Position numbers and translations under genes: made by a program. Below the pieces are notes generated by a model. It searched no databases. It was not told the DNA's origin and saw only the letters and a program-made list of their open reading frames with translations. This document shows, in pieces, positions 22,580 through 34,247 of a stretch of 38,991 nucleotides of DNA (the first letter of the stretch is position 1; each line of letters opens with the position of its first letter). The DNA is from Desulfobacterales bacterium (GTDB lineage Bacteria > Desulfobacterota > Desulfobacteria > Desulfobacterales > C00003060), in NCBI GenBank assembly GCA_030616425.1, contig JAUWXJ010000002.1, positions 1 to 38,991 of the forward strand. The letters run 5' to 3'.

Positions 22580-22762
22580 TTACTAAGGGGAGCATAATAT
22601 TGTTTGCAATAAATAGTGCTTTCACCCCCAAGGGGGATCTCTTTTTGAGTCAGCTCAAATCTCATCCTGCTCCTTGGCGGCAGAATGCGGGGCTATCAGA
22701 TGCCGGGCTGTTTTGGTAACAGACTGTTTCAATGTAAACTATTATATGCTCCCCTTAGTAAA
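22580..22762. mobile_element. MITE-like non-coding element of about 183 bp with imperfect terminal inverted repeats
   Basis: The left end is TTACTAAGGGGAGCATAatattgttt and the right end is aaactattaTATGCTCCCCTTAGTAA, giving 17 perfect bases of inverted repeat (longer with one indel). Its interior modules recur at 38782-38884. Confidence 0.6.
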
Positions 22763-22869
22763 TGGGGTTTTCTGGTCTCTCTGGAACAAGCAAAGACACC
22801 AATATTGGCAGATGAATTCTTGAACTCCCTATAGACCGCTGGCACTTTAATAGAGGAGGTAACTAGGCT

Positions 22870-24222
22870 ATGCGACATTATCACACTTTCACGGAACCTG
22901 TAAGCTCTGTTTGGATGGCCCTCTCTTTTCTTGTCTTCAGCCTCGTTAGCTCCCCTTGGCCCTGTCAGGCTGAAGGAGCTACGCAAATATTTACACTGAA
23001 GTCGAGTGTCGAGTATGCCCTCAAGCATAGCACTCAAATCCTTTCATCCAAAGAAGAGGTTCTTGCTGCCGAGGCCAACAAGAAAAAAGAGTTCTCAGAA
23101 TTTCTCCCCAAGCTAAGCGCCAATTACGCATATACGCGGCAGGACGAAGAGAAAAAAGGTTTCACAGGCGCTGTCACAAGCCCTGAAAATTTATACGGCT
23201 TTACTGCAACCGTTGATCAGCCGGTCTTCTCGGGCTTTTCCAGATTAACACAGTACGAAATCTCATCCCTAGGCCTGGATGTTGCGAGGCTCCTCGAACG
23301 GCAAGCCCGCCAGGACCTAATCTTGAAGGTCAAGAAGGCCTACTTTGAACTCCTTCAGATGGAAAAACTCGAAAAGGTTGCCCAGCAGGCAGTCACCCAG
23401 TTGACAGCCCATGCGGAGGTTGCCAGAAACTTCTATGAGGTCGGGATGATACCCAGAAACGATCTCCTCAAAGCAGAGGTGGAACTGGCAAATGCCAAGC
23501 AAGGGCTTGTAGTGGCAAAGAATAATGTTCTGGTGGCTGTGTCCCGGTTCAACATGCTCCTAAGGCGTCCTATTGATGACCCTGTCGCCGTGGAAGACGT
23601 AATGACCTATGGGCCCTTCACGCAGGCATACGAGGGCTGTGTCGAAACTGCACTGAAGCAACGAGACGAGATACAAGTTGCCGATCAGGAATTGAAGATA
23701 GCGGAAAAGGATGTGAGGTTGACCAGACAGGATTACTATCCGTCGATAGACCTTCAGGCAAACTATTACAAGAAGGGCGACAACGCTGGGTTGGACGGAG
23801 GAGACGGCATATCCAATAGGGACGAATGGGATGTGGTGGCCACTGCTTCATGGACTCTCTGGGATTGGAGAAAGACTCATTACAACGTTAGGGAAAAATT
23901 TAGTCGGCTGGCACAGGCGAGGCATAAACGGGCAGAAATTATCGACTCCATACAGCAGGAGGTCAAAGAGGCGTATCTCAGGGTAAAAGAATCAGAGAAA
24001 AACATTCTAACTGTACAAAAGGCGGTAGAACAGGCCCAGGAAAACTTCAGAATCAGCGAAGAACGGTATAAAGAACAAGTAGCCACATCCACTGAGGTCA
24101 TAGACGCCCAGACCCTTCTCACCAAGACACAGACAAATTATTTCAATGCCTTGAGCGCATTTAACGTATCAAAGGCGCGGCTTAACAGGGCAATCGGAAT
24201 CGAGTTCGTGGCCAAACCATAG
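22870..24222 (+). CDS. tolC: TolC-family outer membrane efflux protein
   Basis: About 440 aa with a signal peptide (the Met at ~22915 gives MALSFLVFSLVSSPWPCQA). It shows the two-repeat OEP architecture, with coiled segments and motifs such as LTLKSSVEYALKHS, YYPSIDLQANYY and the terminal FNVSKARLNRAIG. No adjacent MFP or pump genes. Confidence 0.8.
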   Translation: MRHYHTFTEPVSSVWMALSFLVFSLVSSPWPCQAEGATQIFTLKSSVEYALKHSTQILSSKEEVLAAEANKKKEFSEFLPKLSANYAYTRQDEEKKGFTGAVTSPENLYGFTATVDQPVFSGFSRLTQYEISSLGLDVARLLERQARQDLILKVKKAYFELLQMEKLEKVAQQAVTQLTAHAEVARNFYEVGMIPRNDLLKAEVELANAKQGLVVAKNNVLVAVSRFNMLLRRPIDDPVAVEDVMTYGPFTQAYEGCVETALKQRDEIQVADQELKIAEKDVRLTRQDYYPSIDLQANYYKKGDNAGLDGGDGISNRDEWDVVATASWTLWDWRKTHYNVREKFSRLAQARHKRAEIIDSIQQEVKEAYLRVKESEKNILTVQKAVEQAQENFRISEERYKEQVATSTEVIDAQTLLTKTQTNYFNALSAFNVSKARLNRAIGIEFVAKP

Positions 24223-24571
24223 CGGCAGAGACCAGATGCGTGTGACTCCTTTAATAAAGGGTGGCTTACCTGGAAAAAGCCCCTTTAATCGGGTCTGGGA
24301 TTGTAATCTTTGTGATCTGTGATATGTTTTATAAACAACTATTCACTGATAACTCTATATTCTCGATCGGTCTTGTGTTTTGCCCTTTTCTGTTCGGGCT
24401 TGAAATGCGAGATAAATATTCTCTCTTGTTAACTAAGGTTGGCTTTGCCGGCCTTAGGAAAGCCGTTTTTGGCGGGATGGTCCCCCTCAAGGCTGTTTCC
24501 CAATGCGGGTAAAGCGCTAGGAAGGGGCCGACAGGTTGCAAGGGGTTCACGAATTCAGCTACGGAGGGCTC

Positions 24572-25930
24572 ATGACAGAATTACTGAAACGATACAAGGC
24601 AATACTTGGGGTGTTGTTGATTCTCTTCCCGGTCGTTTGGATAGGAATCGGCGGGGTTCGTCAACACCTGTTGGCTGGTACGGATAAAACGTATGAAGAA
24701 CTCAAGGTGTTCAGTGACGTTCTTGACATCATAGAAAAAAATTTCGTGGATCCTGTCGACTCAAGAAAGCTTATCAGGGGTGCAATCCGGGGCATGATAA
24801 GCTCTCTTGACCCCCACTCTGCATTTCTATTGCCGGAATCATACAAAGATCTTCAGATAGAGACCAAGGGCGAGTTCAGCGGTATCGGTATTGTTATTAC
24901 TATGCAAGAGAACGTGATCACGGTTATCTCTCCGATTGAGGGGGCGCCTGCTTATAAGGCAGGAATAAGGGCCGGAGATCAGATCATCAAGGTAGACGGA
25001 GAAGAGACCCAGGCCATGGTGTTGTGGGAAGCGGTGCAGAAGATACGTGGTAAGAAGGGTACCTCTGTGGTGATTACGATCCGGCGAAAAGGGCTGCCTG
25101 AGCTCACTGATTTTACCATTGTGCGGGATATAATTCCGCTGGAGAGTGTGCGATCTTATCTACTTAAACCCGGCTACGGCTATATTCGAATTACGAACTT
25201 CAGAGAGAATACCGCCGATGATGTCAAGGCAGCCCTGAAGAAGCTTGAAACAGGCACCCCCCCCTTGAAAGGATTGATATTGGACCTTCGTGATAACCCG
25301 GGAGGTCTCCTTGATCAGGCAGTTAAGGTCGCAGACATCTTTCTGGACAAAGGGCGAATCGTTTCAATCAAAGGCAGGCTAAAAAGCCATACTAAGGTCT
25401 ACGCGGCCCATCCTGATAAGAATAAACATCCGCATCAGATCGTGCTGCTAATTAATGAAGGAAGCGCCAGCGCATCGGAGATTGTAGCTGGGGCATTGCA
25501 GGATCATGGGCGCGCCCTGGTGCTAGGTGGTACTTCATTTGGAAAAGGCTCGGTTCAAACCGTTGAGTCATTGCGAGACGGCTCGGGCCTAAAACTAACC
25601 ATAGCACGGTATTATACCCCTAATGGCAACGCGATACAGGCCCAGGGGATTGTCCCAGATGTCGTGGTCGAGCAAAGATATGTCTCCAAGCGCGAGGTAA
25701 AAAAACACCCCCATGTAAAGGAAAAGGATCTGAAAGATCATATTTCGGCTGAACCCAAAGAGGGGCTATCCGAGGAAATGAGACAGAAGATCCAAGAAGT
25801 GAGGGGCGTGAAGGTGCCAGGTGAAGAGCCTTCAGATGTTGCAAAACGACTCGTTACAGAGGATAATCAGGTACGACGAGCTCTTGATATTCTCACAAGC
25901 TGGCAAGTATTTTCAAGAATGTCCCCTTAA
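24572..25930 (+). CDS. ctpA: S41-family carboxy-terminal processing peptidase
   Basis: PDZ segment GIGIVITMQENVITVISPIEGAPAYKAGIRAGDQIIKVDG. Catalytic motifs are LDLRDNPGGLL, INEGSASASEIVAGALQD and GKGSVQT. The ATG at 24572 has a GGAGGG RBS, while the track ORF starts at a TTG at 24536. Confidence 0.85.
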   Translation: MTELLKRYKAILGVLLILFPVVWIGIGGVRQHLLAGTDKTYEELKVFSDVLDIIEKNFVDPVDSRKLIRGAIRGMISSLDPHSAFLLPESYKDLQIETKGEFSGIGIVITMQENVITVISPIEGAPAYKAGIRAGDQIIKVDGEETQAMVLWEAVQKIRGKKGTSVVITIRRKGLPELTDFTIVRDIIPLESVRSYLLKPGYGYIRITNFRENTADDVKAALKKLETGTPPLKGLILDLRDNPGGLLDQAVKVADIFLDKGRIVSIKGRLKSHTKVYAAHPDKNKHPHQIVLLINEGSASASEIVAGALQDHGRALVLGGTSFGKGSVQTVESLRDGSGLKLTIARYYTPNGNAIQAQGIVPDVVVEQRYVSKREVKKHPHVKEKDLKDHISAEPKEGLSEEMRQKIQEVRGVKVPGEEPSDVAKRLVTEDNQVRRALDILTSWQVFSRMSP

Positions 25931-25991
25931 CCCTGTTAAATATAATGCCTCAATCGTTGTAGCAGCATTTCAAACGTCTTATTTAACAGGG
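25931..25991. repeat. Perfect 12-bp inverted repeat with a 37-nt spacer between ctpA and the next gene
   Basis: CCCTGTTAAATA (25931-25942) pairs with TATTTAACAGGG (25980-25991). A TATAAT hexamer lies at 25941-25946. Confidence 0.5.
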
Positions 25992-26004
25992 TAAAGACGA
26001 TACC

Positions 26005-27222
26005 GTGACTAGCCGGACAAGGGCCACGACTAAAAAGAGACGGCGCGTCGGCAATAAAAAAGCCGCTAAAAAAAAATCCGCCCGGGCGGTATTTCTTATA
26101 ATTGGCCTTGTCTTTGTGGGGGCTCTCAGCTACGCCCTTTATCGGTTATTCACCTCAGGCGAAGCACGCCCACCCTTTTTACCCGTCTTTGAAGTCGAAG
26201 CCCCCGAAACAATAGAAACCAAAATTAAACAGATCGATCGGTCCATCTGCGATGCGCTGGTGGCCCTGAATATACTTGCTTCAGACGTAACATTCAAAAC
26301 AGTCCAACCAAAGAGCGACAGTAAAGGGCCTTGGACCTTTTCAGAGCTCGAAATATGTCTACCAGCAACCATTGCCCACAGCAATATTAAGGAGGCTTTT
26401 CTAGCTCGACTGCCTGAGCAGATACCAAAGAAGGCCCTCCGATTTATCTCCGGACCCCAACAAGATCTAATCCTTGATCTCTTTATCAATGGACACCGCA
26501 CCCATCGTCTTGTCTTTATAAAACCCAAGGAGAAGAAGAGCATAGCACCTCCACCCGCGCGAGTCCCCAGGGTTGCAATTATCATTGATGATTTAGGATA
26601 TGACGAAAGGGTTGCCTCAACGTTTCTATCCCTCAATGGTCTAATCTCTTTTTCCGTGCTTCCACACAGCCCCTTTCAAGAAAGCATCGCCACTGCTGTT
26701 TACGAAAGCGGCCGAGATCTTCTTCTGCACCTTCCTATGGAGCCCGTGGAGTATCCCCAGGTCGATCCAGGGGTCGGCGCCCTTCTTTCCTCAATGACTC
26801 CCGACGATTTCTTGGATCAACTTCAAAAAAACCTGGATGCAGTCCCTTTTGCCGTAGGTGTGAATAACCACATGGGTTCCAAGCTCACCCAAGACCCGGC
26901 AAGAATGCGTCTGCTGTTCACTATTCTGAAAAAACGGAACCTGTTCTTCGTAGACAGCCTTACCGGCCCCGGGTCTTATTGCCAGCAGGCAGCCCGTCTG
27001 CTGCAAGTGAAATTTGCACAAAGACAGGTCTTCCTGGACCACGTTCAGGACCCAGCTGCAATCCGTTTCCAGATAAAACGCCTCGTTAGTATAGCCAAGG
27101 AACACGGCCAAGCAATAGGAATCGGGCACCCTTATCCTGCCACATGGGAGGTGCTCAACGAAGAGCTACCAGGCATTAAGGATCAGGTTGAACTTGTCGG
27201 GGTTTCTGGGCTTGTGGAATAG
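26005..27222 (+). CDS. Divergent polysaccharide deacetylase family protein (YibQ-like) with a basic N-terminus and a TM anchor
   Basis: GTG start. The N-terminus reads KKRRRVGNKKAAKKK followed by TM segment VFLIIGLVFVGALSYALY. Core motifs are VAIIIDDLGYD, SVLPHSP, LLHLPMEP, NNHMGS and IGHPY. Confidence 0.7.
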   Translation: MTSRTRATTKKRRRVGNKKAAKKKSARAVFLIIGLVFVGALSYALYRLFTSGEARPPFLPVFEVEAPETIETKIKQIDRSICDALVALNILASDVTFKTVQPKSDSKGPWTFSELEICLPATIAHSNIKEAFLARLPEQIPKKALRFISGPQQDLILDLFINGHRTHRLVFIKPKEKKSIAPPPARVPRVAIIIDDLGYDERVASTFLSLNGLISFSVLPHSPFQESIATAVYESGRDLLLHLPMEPVEYPQVDPGVGALLSSMTPDDFLDQLQKNLDAVPFAVGVNNHMGSKLTQDPARMRLLFTILKKRNLFFVDSLTGPGSYCQQAARLLQVKFAQRQVFLDHVQDPAAIRFQIKRLVSIAKEHGQAIGIGHPYPATWEVLNEELPGIKDQVELVGVSGLVE

Positions 27223-27293
27223 CGCAAAAGACCACTATTTGTAGGAGGGAAACCAAGGCCTTTTCGATCTCTGGACAGCTCTGGCGAACAGCC

Positions 27294-28394
27294 CTACGAG
27301 CTGGAGGATCCGGCCTTGCCAGCAACCGCATTCATCAGTTTCTCAAAAGAGGCCCTGAAAGCATTTACGCCTTCCTGCTGGATCTCATCACATATCTTGT
27401 CCAGGTCAATCCCGTGTTGCTGTAACAGATCCAGGTCTTCTCTTGCCTTCTCCAGATCTTCTTCGATCGTCAACCTAGGGGTGCCGTGGTCCAAAAACGC
27501 CTCAAGTGTACTGTGCGGAAGGGTGTTAACAGTATCCTTGCCTATCAATTCATCCACATATTTTACATCGCTATATGCAGGGTTCTTGGTACTCGTGCTT
27601 CCCCAAAGCACCCGCTGTATGCGCGCCCCGCTTGAAGCCAAATCGCCAAAGGCCCCGTCGCAAAACAACTCTTTGAATTTCTGGTAAATCATCTTGGCAT
27701 TTGCTACAGCGATCCCACCTTTAAGTTGGTCCATCTTAAGGCCCTCAAGTATCTTATCGGTTTTGGTGTCTACCCTGCTGATAAAGACACTTGCAACCGA
27801 ACAAACATTGCCAACAGAATTATCATCCTCAAGCCTTTCTCTTGTGCCCTCTATATAAGCTATGGCACTCGCTTCATAGTGCTTCAAGGAAAACAGAAGG
27901 GTAACGTTAACGTTGACACCCTCTCGTGTAAGGCCCTTTATCGCCTCACAACCCTCCTTGGTACCAGGCACCTTAATCAAGAGGTTCGGTCTAGCCACAT
28001 CCTTATGGATTTTCTTGGCGTGATAAATGGTCTTCTCTGGATCATAAGCATAATTCGGGTCCACCTCAAGGCTTACATAACCATCCAGCCCCTTGGTGGC
28101 TTTATATGTCTCGTACAGGAAATCAGCAGCAGATTGAATGTCGTGTACGGTAACCAGGTTGCAAATCTCATCAGGCGATTTGCCTGCTTCGGCCAGCTCT
28201 TGTATTGAAGAATCATATACCGAAGACCCCTTCAGTGCCTTTTCAAAAATACTCGGATTCGAAGTGACCCCTGTAACGCCTAAACGGAACAACTCTTCGA
28301 TCTTGCCGTTCTCTATTAATCTCCTGTCGATGTTGTCATACCAGGGGCTCTGCCCGATTGCTAACAAGGCCTTTAGATTGTTGTCGGTCGCCAT
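27294..28394 (-). CDS. tal: Transaldolase
   Basis: MATDNNLKALLAIGQSPWYDNIDR...GVTGVTSNPSIFEKAL...NLLIKVPGT contains the active-site Lys region. The ATG at 28394 has a GGAGG RBS. The 42 extra codons in the track ORF are judged spurious. Confidence 0.85.
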   Translation of the reverse strand: MATDNNLKALLAIGQSPWYDNIDRRLIENGKIEELFRLGVTGVTSNPSIFEKALKGSSVYDSSIQELAEAGKSPDEICNLVTVHDIQSAADFLYETYKATKGLDGYVSLEVDPNYAYDPEKTIYHAKKIHKDVARPNLLIKVPGTKEGCEAIKGLTREGVNVNVTLLFSLKHYEASAIAYIEGTRERLEDDNSVGNVCSVASVFISRVDTKTDKILEGLKMDQLKGGIAVANAKMIYQKFKELFCDGAFGDLASSGARIQRVLWGSTSTKNPAYSDVKYVDELIGKDTVNTLPHSTLEAFLDHGTPRLTIEEDLEKAREDLDLLQQHGIDLDKICDEIQQEGVNAFRASFEKLMNAVAGKAGSSSS

Positions 28395-28740
28395 ATTACC
28401 TCCTCGCTTGTTCAGGCAAAACGCCTTTCCGTTGGTTGGTTGCGAGACGTGTAAAAAAGAAAATCGAAACTGCCAGGAAGCCCAACAAACAGAGCAAATA
28501 TCCACAACGTCACCTTGCAAAAGTCTTGTTTCTTCTTGCCTGCACCCCGTTCTATGATTTAAAAATGGTATTCAACGCACCACAAAGAGTCAAGCACAGA
28601 ATAAACGACCACCCGCACAGAGGTGGTTTTGTTTTGCGGAACGTCAGTTTCCATCGATTAAGTTTGCTCCCCGTGCAAGGCACGGGGTTTCATTGCAAAC
28701 AATAAAGGGTGGTGCGCCGGGTGAGTTTATAACGCTGAAA

Positions 28741-28769
28741 TTGATTTCCTGTTCCGAATTTGGTATCAT
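28741..28769 (+). promoter_or_regulatory. Candidate sigma70-type promoter upstream of thiC
   Basis: TTGATT (28741-28746), a 17-nt spacer, then an extended -10 TGgTATCAT (28761-28769). Recognised by eye only. Confidence 0.35.
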
Positions 28770-28824
28770 GTTTTGATACACGGTGAATCTAACCCAGAGA
28801 TTATCTATCCAACGAGGCAGTATT

Positions 28825-30108
28825 ATGACGCAGCTGGAGTCCGCCCGCGTGGGTGTTGTCACAGAAGCCATGCATCTGGTTGCCCGGACTGAAGGGGTGC
28901 CCCCTGAAGCCCTTCGGGCCTCCGTTGCAGAGGGAACCGCAGTCGTCCCGCTAAACATCAAACACAAGAACGTTCACCCCGTTGGCATCGGAAGGGGGCT
29001 CACTATTAAGGTGAATGCCAACATCGGCACATCCGAAGACCAGGTCGATATAGATGTAGAACTCGCAAAGCTCCGGGCGGCCATTGATGCTAAAGCTCAT
29101 ACTATTATGGACTTAAGCACCGGCGGAGACATTACGCAAGCACGACGGGCTATAATAAAGAACTGTTCGGTTCCAGTCGGAACCGTTCCAATCTATCAGG
29201 CTGTTATAGAAGCTGTTAGGGCCCACGGCGGTATCATACATCTTACGCCGGACCTTATCTTCGGTGCCGTGGAGGCCCATGCTCGTGATGGCGTAGATTT
29301 CATGACAATCCATGCTGGGGTTACTTTAAAAGCCCTTGAGTTGCTGCGCGCCCAGGGGCGAATAACAGACATCGTCAGCAGGGGGGGCGCCTTTCTTGCA
29401 ACCTGGATGCTTCACCACAAGAGAGAAAACCCTTTCTTTGAGGAGTTTGATCGACTTCTCTCTGTCGCTAGAGAGTACGATATAACCTTGAGTCTCGGCG
29501 ACGGGCTTCGGCCTGGGTCGATAGCAGATGCAACAGACCGCGCTCAAATTCACGAGCTTCTTACCCTAGGAGAACTGACTCAGAAAGCGTGGGACGCTGG
29601 CGTTCAAGTTATAATAGAGGGTCCGGGACACATCCCCCTTGATCAAGTCGAAGCCCAAGTGATCCTGGAAAAGAAATTGTGCGGGGGGGCTCCCTTTTAT
29701 GTGCTCGGACCGCTGGTGACTGATGTCGCAGCTGGCTATGACCACATTGCCGGTGCTATTGGTGGAGCCCTTGCCGGAATGGCTGGCGCAGACTTTCTAT
29801 GCTATGTGACCCCAGCAGAACACCTGAAATTACCATCGATAGAAGACGTAAAAGAAGGTGTTATTGCAACTAGGATAGCAGCACATGCAGGCGACATTGC
29901 AAGAGGACACAAGGGTGCTATAGAGAGGGACCTTGAGATGTCAAAGGCACGAAAAAACTTAGATTGGAACAAACAAATATCTCTTTCTATCGACCCTTCT
30001 AAGGCCAGGGCATATAGATCCAGTAGCAAGCCAAGTTCAGAAGATGCCTGCACAATGTGTGGAAAATTCTGCGCTATAAAGATAGTCCGAGACTATTTTC
30101 GTTCATAA
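28825..30108 (+). CDS. thiC: Phosphomethylpyrimidine synthase ThiC (radical SAM)
   Basis: MTQLESARVGVVTEAM...KVNANIGTS...TIMDLSTGG...VPIYQA...DFMTIHAG...GPGH...YVLGPLVTDVAAGYDHI...CTMCGKFCAIK carries the C-terminal CX2CX4C motif. The ATG at 28825 has a GAGG RBS, while the track ORF starts at a GTG at 28783. Confidence 0.9.
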   Translation: MTQLESARVGVVTEAMHLVARTEGVPPEALRASVAEGTAVVPLNIKHKNVHPVGIGRGLTIKVNANIGTSEDQVDIDVELAKLRAAIDAKAHTIMDLSTGGDITQARRAIIKNCSVPVGTVPIYQAVIEAVRAHGGIIHLTPDLIFGAVEAHARDGVDFMTIHAGVTLKALELLRAQGRITDIVSRGGAFLATWMLHHKRENPFFEEFDRLLSVAREYDITLSLGDGLRPGSIADATDRAQIHELLTLGELTQKAWDAGVQVIIEGPGHIPLDQVEAQVILEKKLCGGAPFYVLGPLVTDVAAGYDHIAGAIGGALAGMAGADFLCYVTPAEHLKLPSIEDVKEGVIATRIAAHAGDIARGHKGAIERDLEMSKARKNLDWNKQISLSIDPSKARAYRSSSKPSSEDACTMCGKFCAIKIVRDYFRS

Positions 30109-30222
30109 TTTACAACAAAACTTCTTAAAGTAGTCTTCTACAAGCTGTTTCAAAACCTTTTAACGAGTCCATTTTAGCCTTTTTTGCCAAAAGTTTTTAG
30201 TGATGTGGTGTGTTAAAATTGT

Positions 30223-30358
30223 AACTATTTGAGGGGGTTAGCCCGAGTTAGCGCCTGGGTTGCGGCTGACGCCCAGAATAGAGGCACTACGTGCTACGGT
30301 TTTAGCGAGGCGAGTTTAGAATTTTCAAAAAAGGCCAACCAGGCGAGGAAAGGGGTTT
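30223..30358. repeat. Intergenic repeat family member C, downstream of thiC
   Basis: taactatttgaggggg..cccGAGTTAGCGC[ctgggttgcggctgacgcccag hairpin insertion]..CACTACGTGCTacggtTTTAGCGAGg...tcaaaaaagg...cgaggaaagggg aligns with 18058-18178. Confidence 0.55.
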
Positions 30359-30360
30359 TA

Positions 30361-30628
30361 AATAACTTCTAATAAGTTAGGGCAATATTGATTGATCTTT
30401 TTGTCTATATTTAAGTTGATATTTTTTTGATAATTCATTACCTTGCTAAAGTGTATATATTGTTTAAGTTATTAATCTGTTTTGTTGTGTGCTTATCAAC
30501 ATAACATTAACAATATTTAGTTGTTATTTCAATAGATTGTTTTCTTTATAAACAAATTCGACATGCCTTATTATTACTATTCTTTTTATTTATATATATA
30601 TAAAATAGAACAACCAAAGGAGTGAGCC
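30361..30628. other. Strongly AT-rich non-coding region directly upstream of dnaN (candidate oriC / DNA-unwinding region or a strong promoter region)
   Basis: About 270 bp that is visibly AT-rich, with a (TA)n run at 30591-30602 and one near-consensus DnaA box, TTATCAACA (30492-30500). Its position next to dnaN-gyrB fits an origin. Confidence 0.35.
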
Positions 30629-34143
<3,515 letters not shown>

Positions 34144-34247
34144 CTAGGTGTGCAGCAAGCCGGGCCGCCCTCTGCCGCGTGATGTGCGGGTACAAGACAC
34201 GATCATCGTTCTGTGGGCGGAGGCTCGCACCCGGATAGAACACGGTT

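Noticed and set aside
24261-24512. 83-aa plus-strand ORF (GTG start) between tolC and ctpA
   Set aside because: It has some hydrophobic stretches, but no RBS, an unusual start and no motif. It could be a small membrane protein, but I cannot support that from sequence alone.
28395-28520. 42-codon N-terminal extension of the transaldolase ORF
   Set aside because: The Met at 28394 has a strong GGAGG RBS and begins the conserved transaldolase N-terminus. The extension looks non-genic.
26139-28557. Long antisense ORFs within the yibQ-like and transaldolase genes (165 aa, 112 aa, 123 aa, 160 aa, 139 aa)
   Set aside because: All lie opposite genes with clear family motifs. These are typical shadow ORFs in sequence of this composition.
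28690-28824. TPP (THI-box) riboswitch expected upstream of thiC
   Set aside because: Only a partial GGTGCG...CGCTGAAA resemblance is present. The conserved CCUGAUCUGG...GCG.AGGGA half is not visible, and a good promoter candidate lies inside the interval. I did not call it as a feature, and a covariance-model search is needed.
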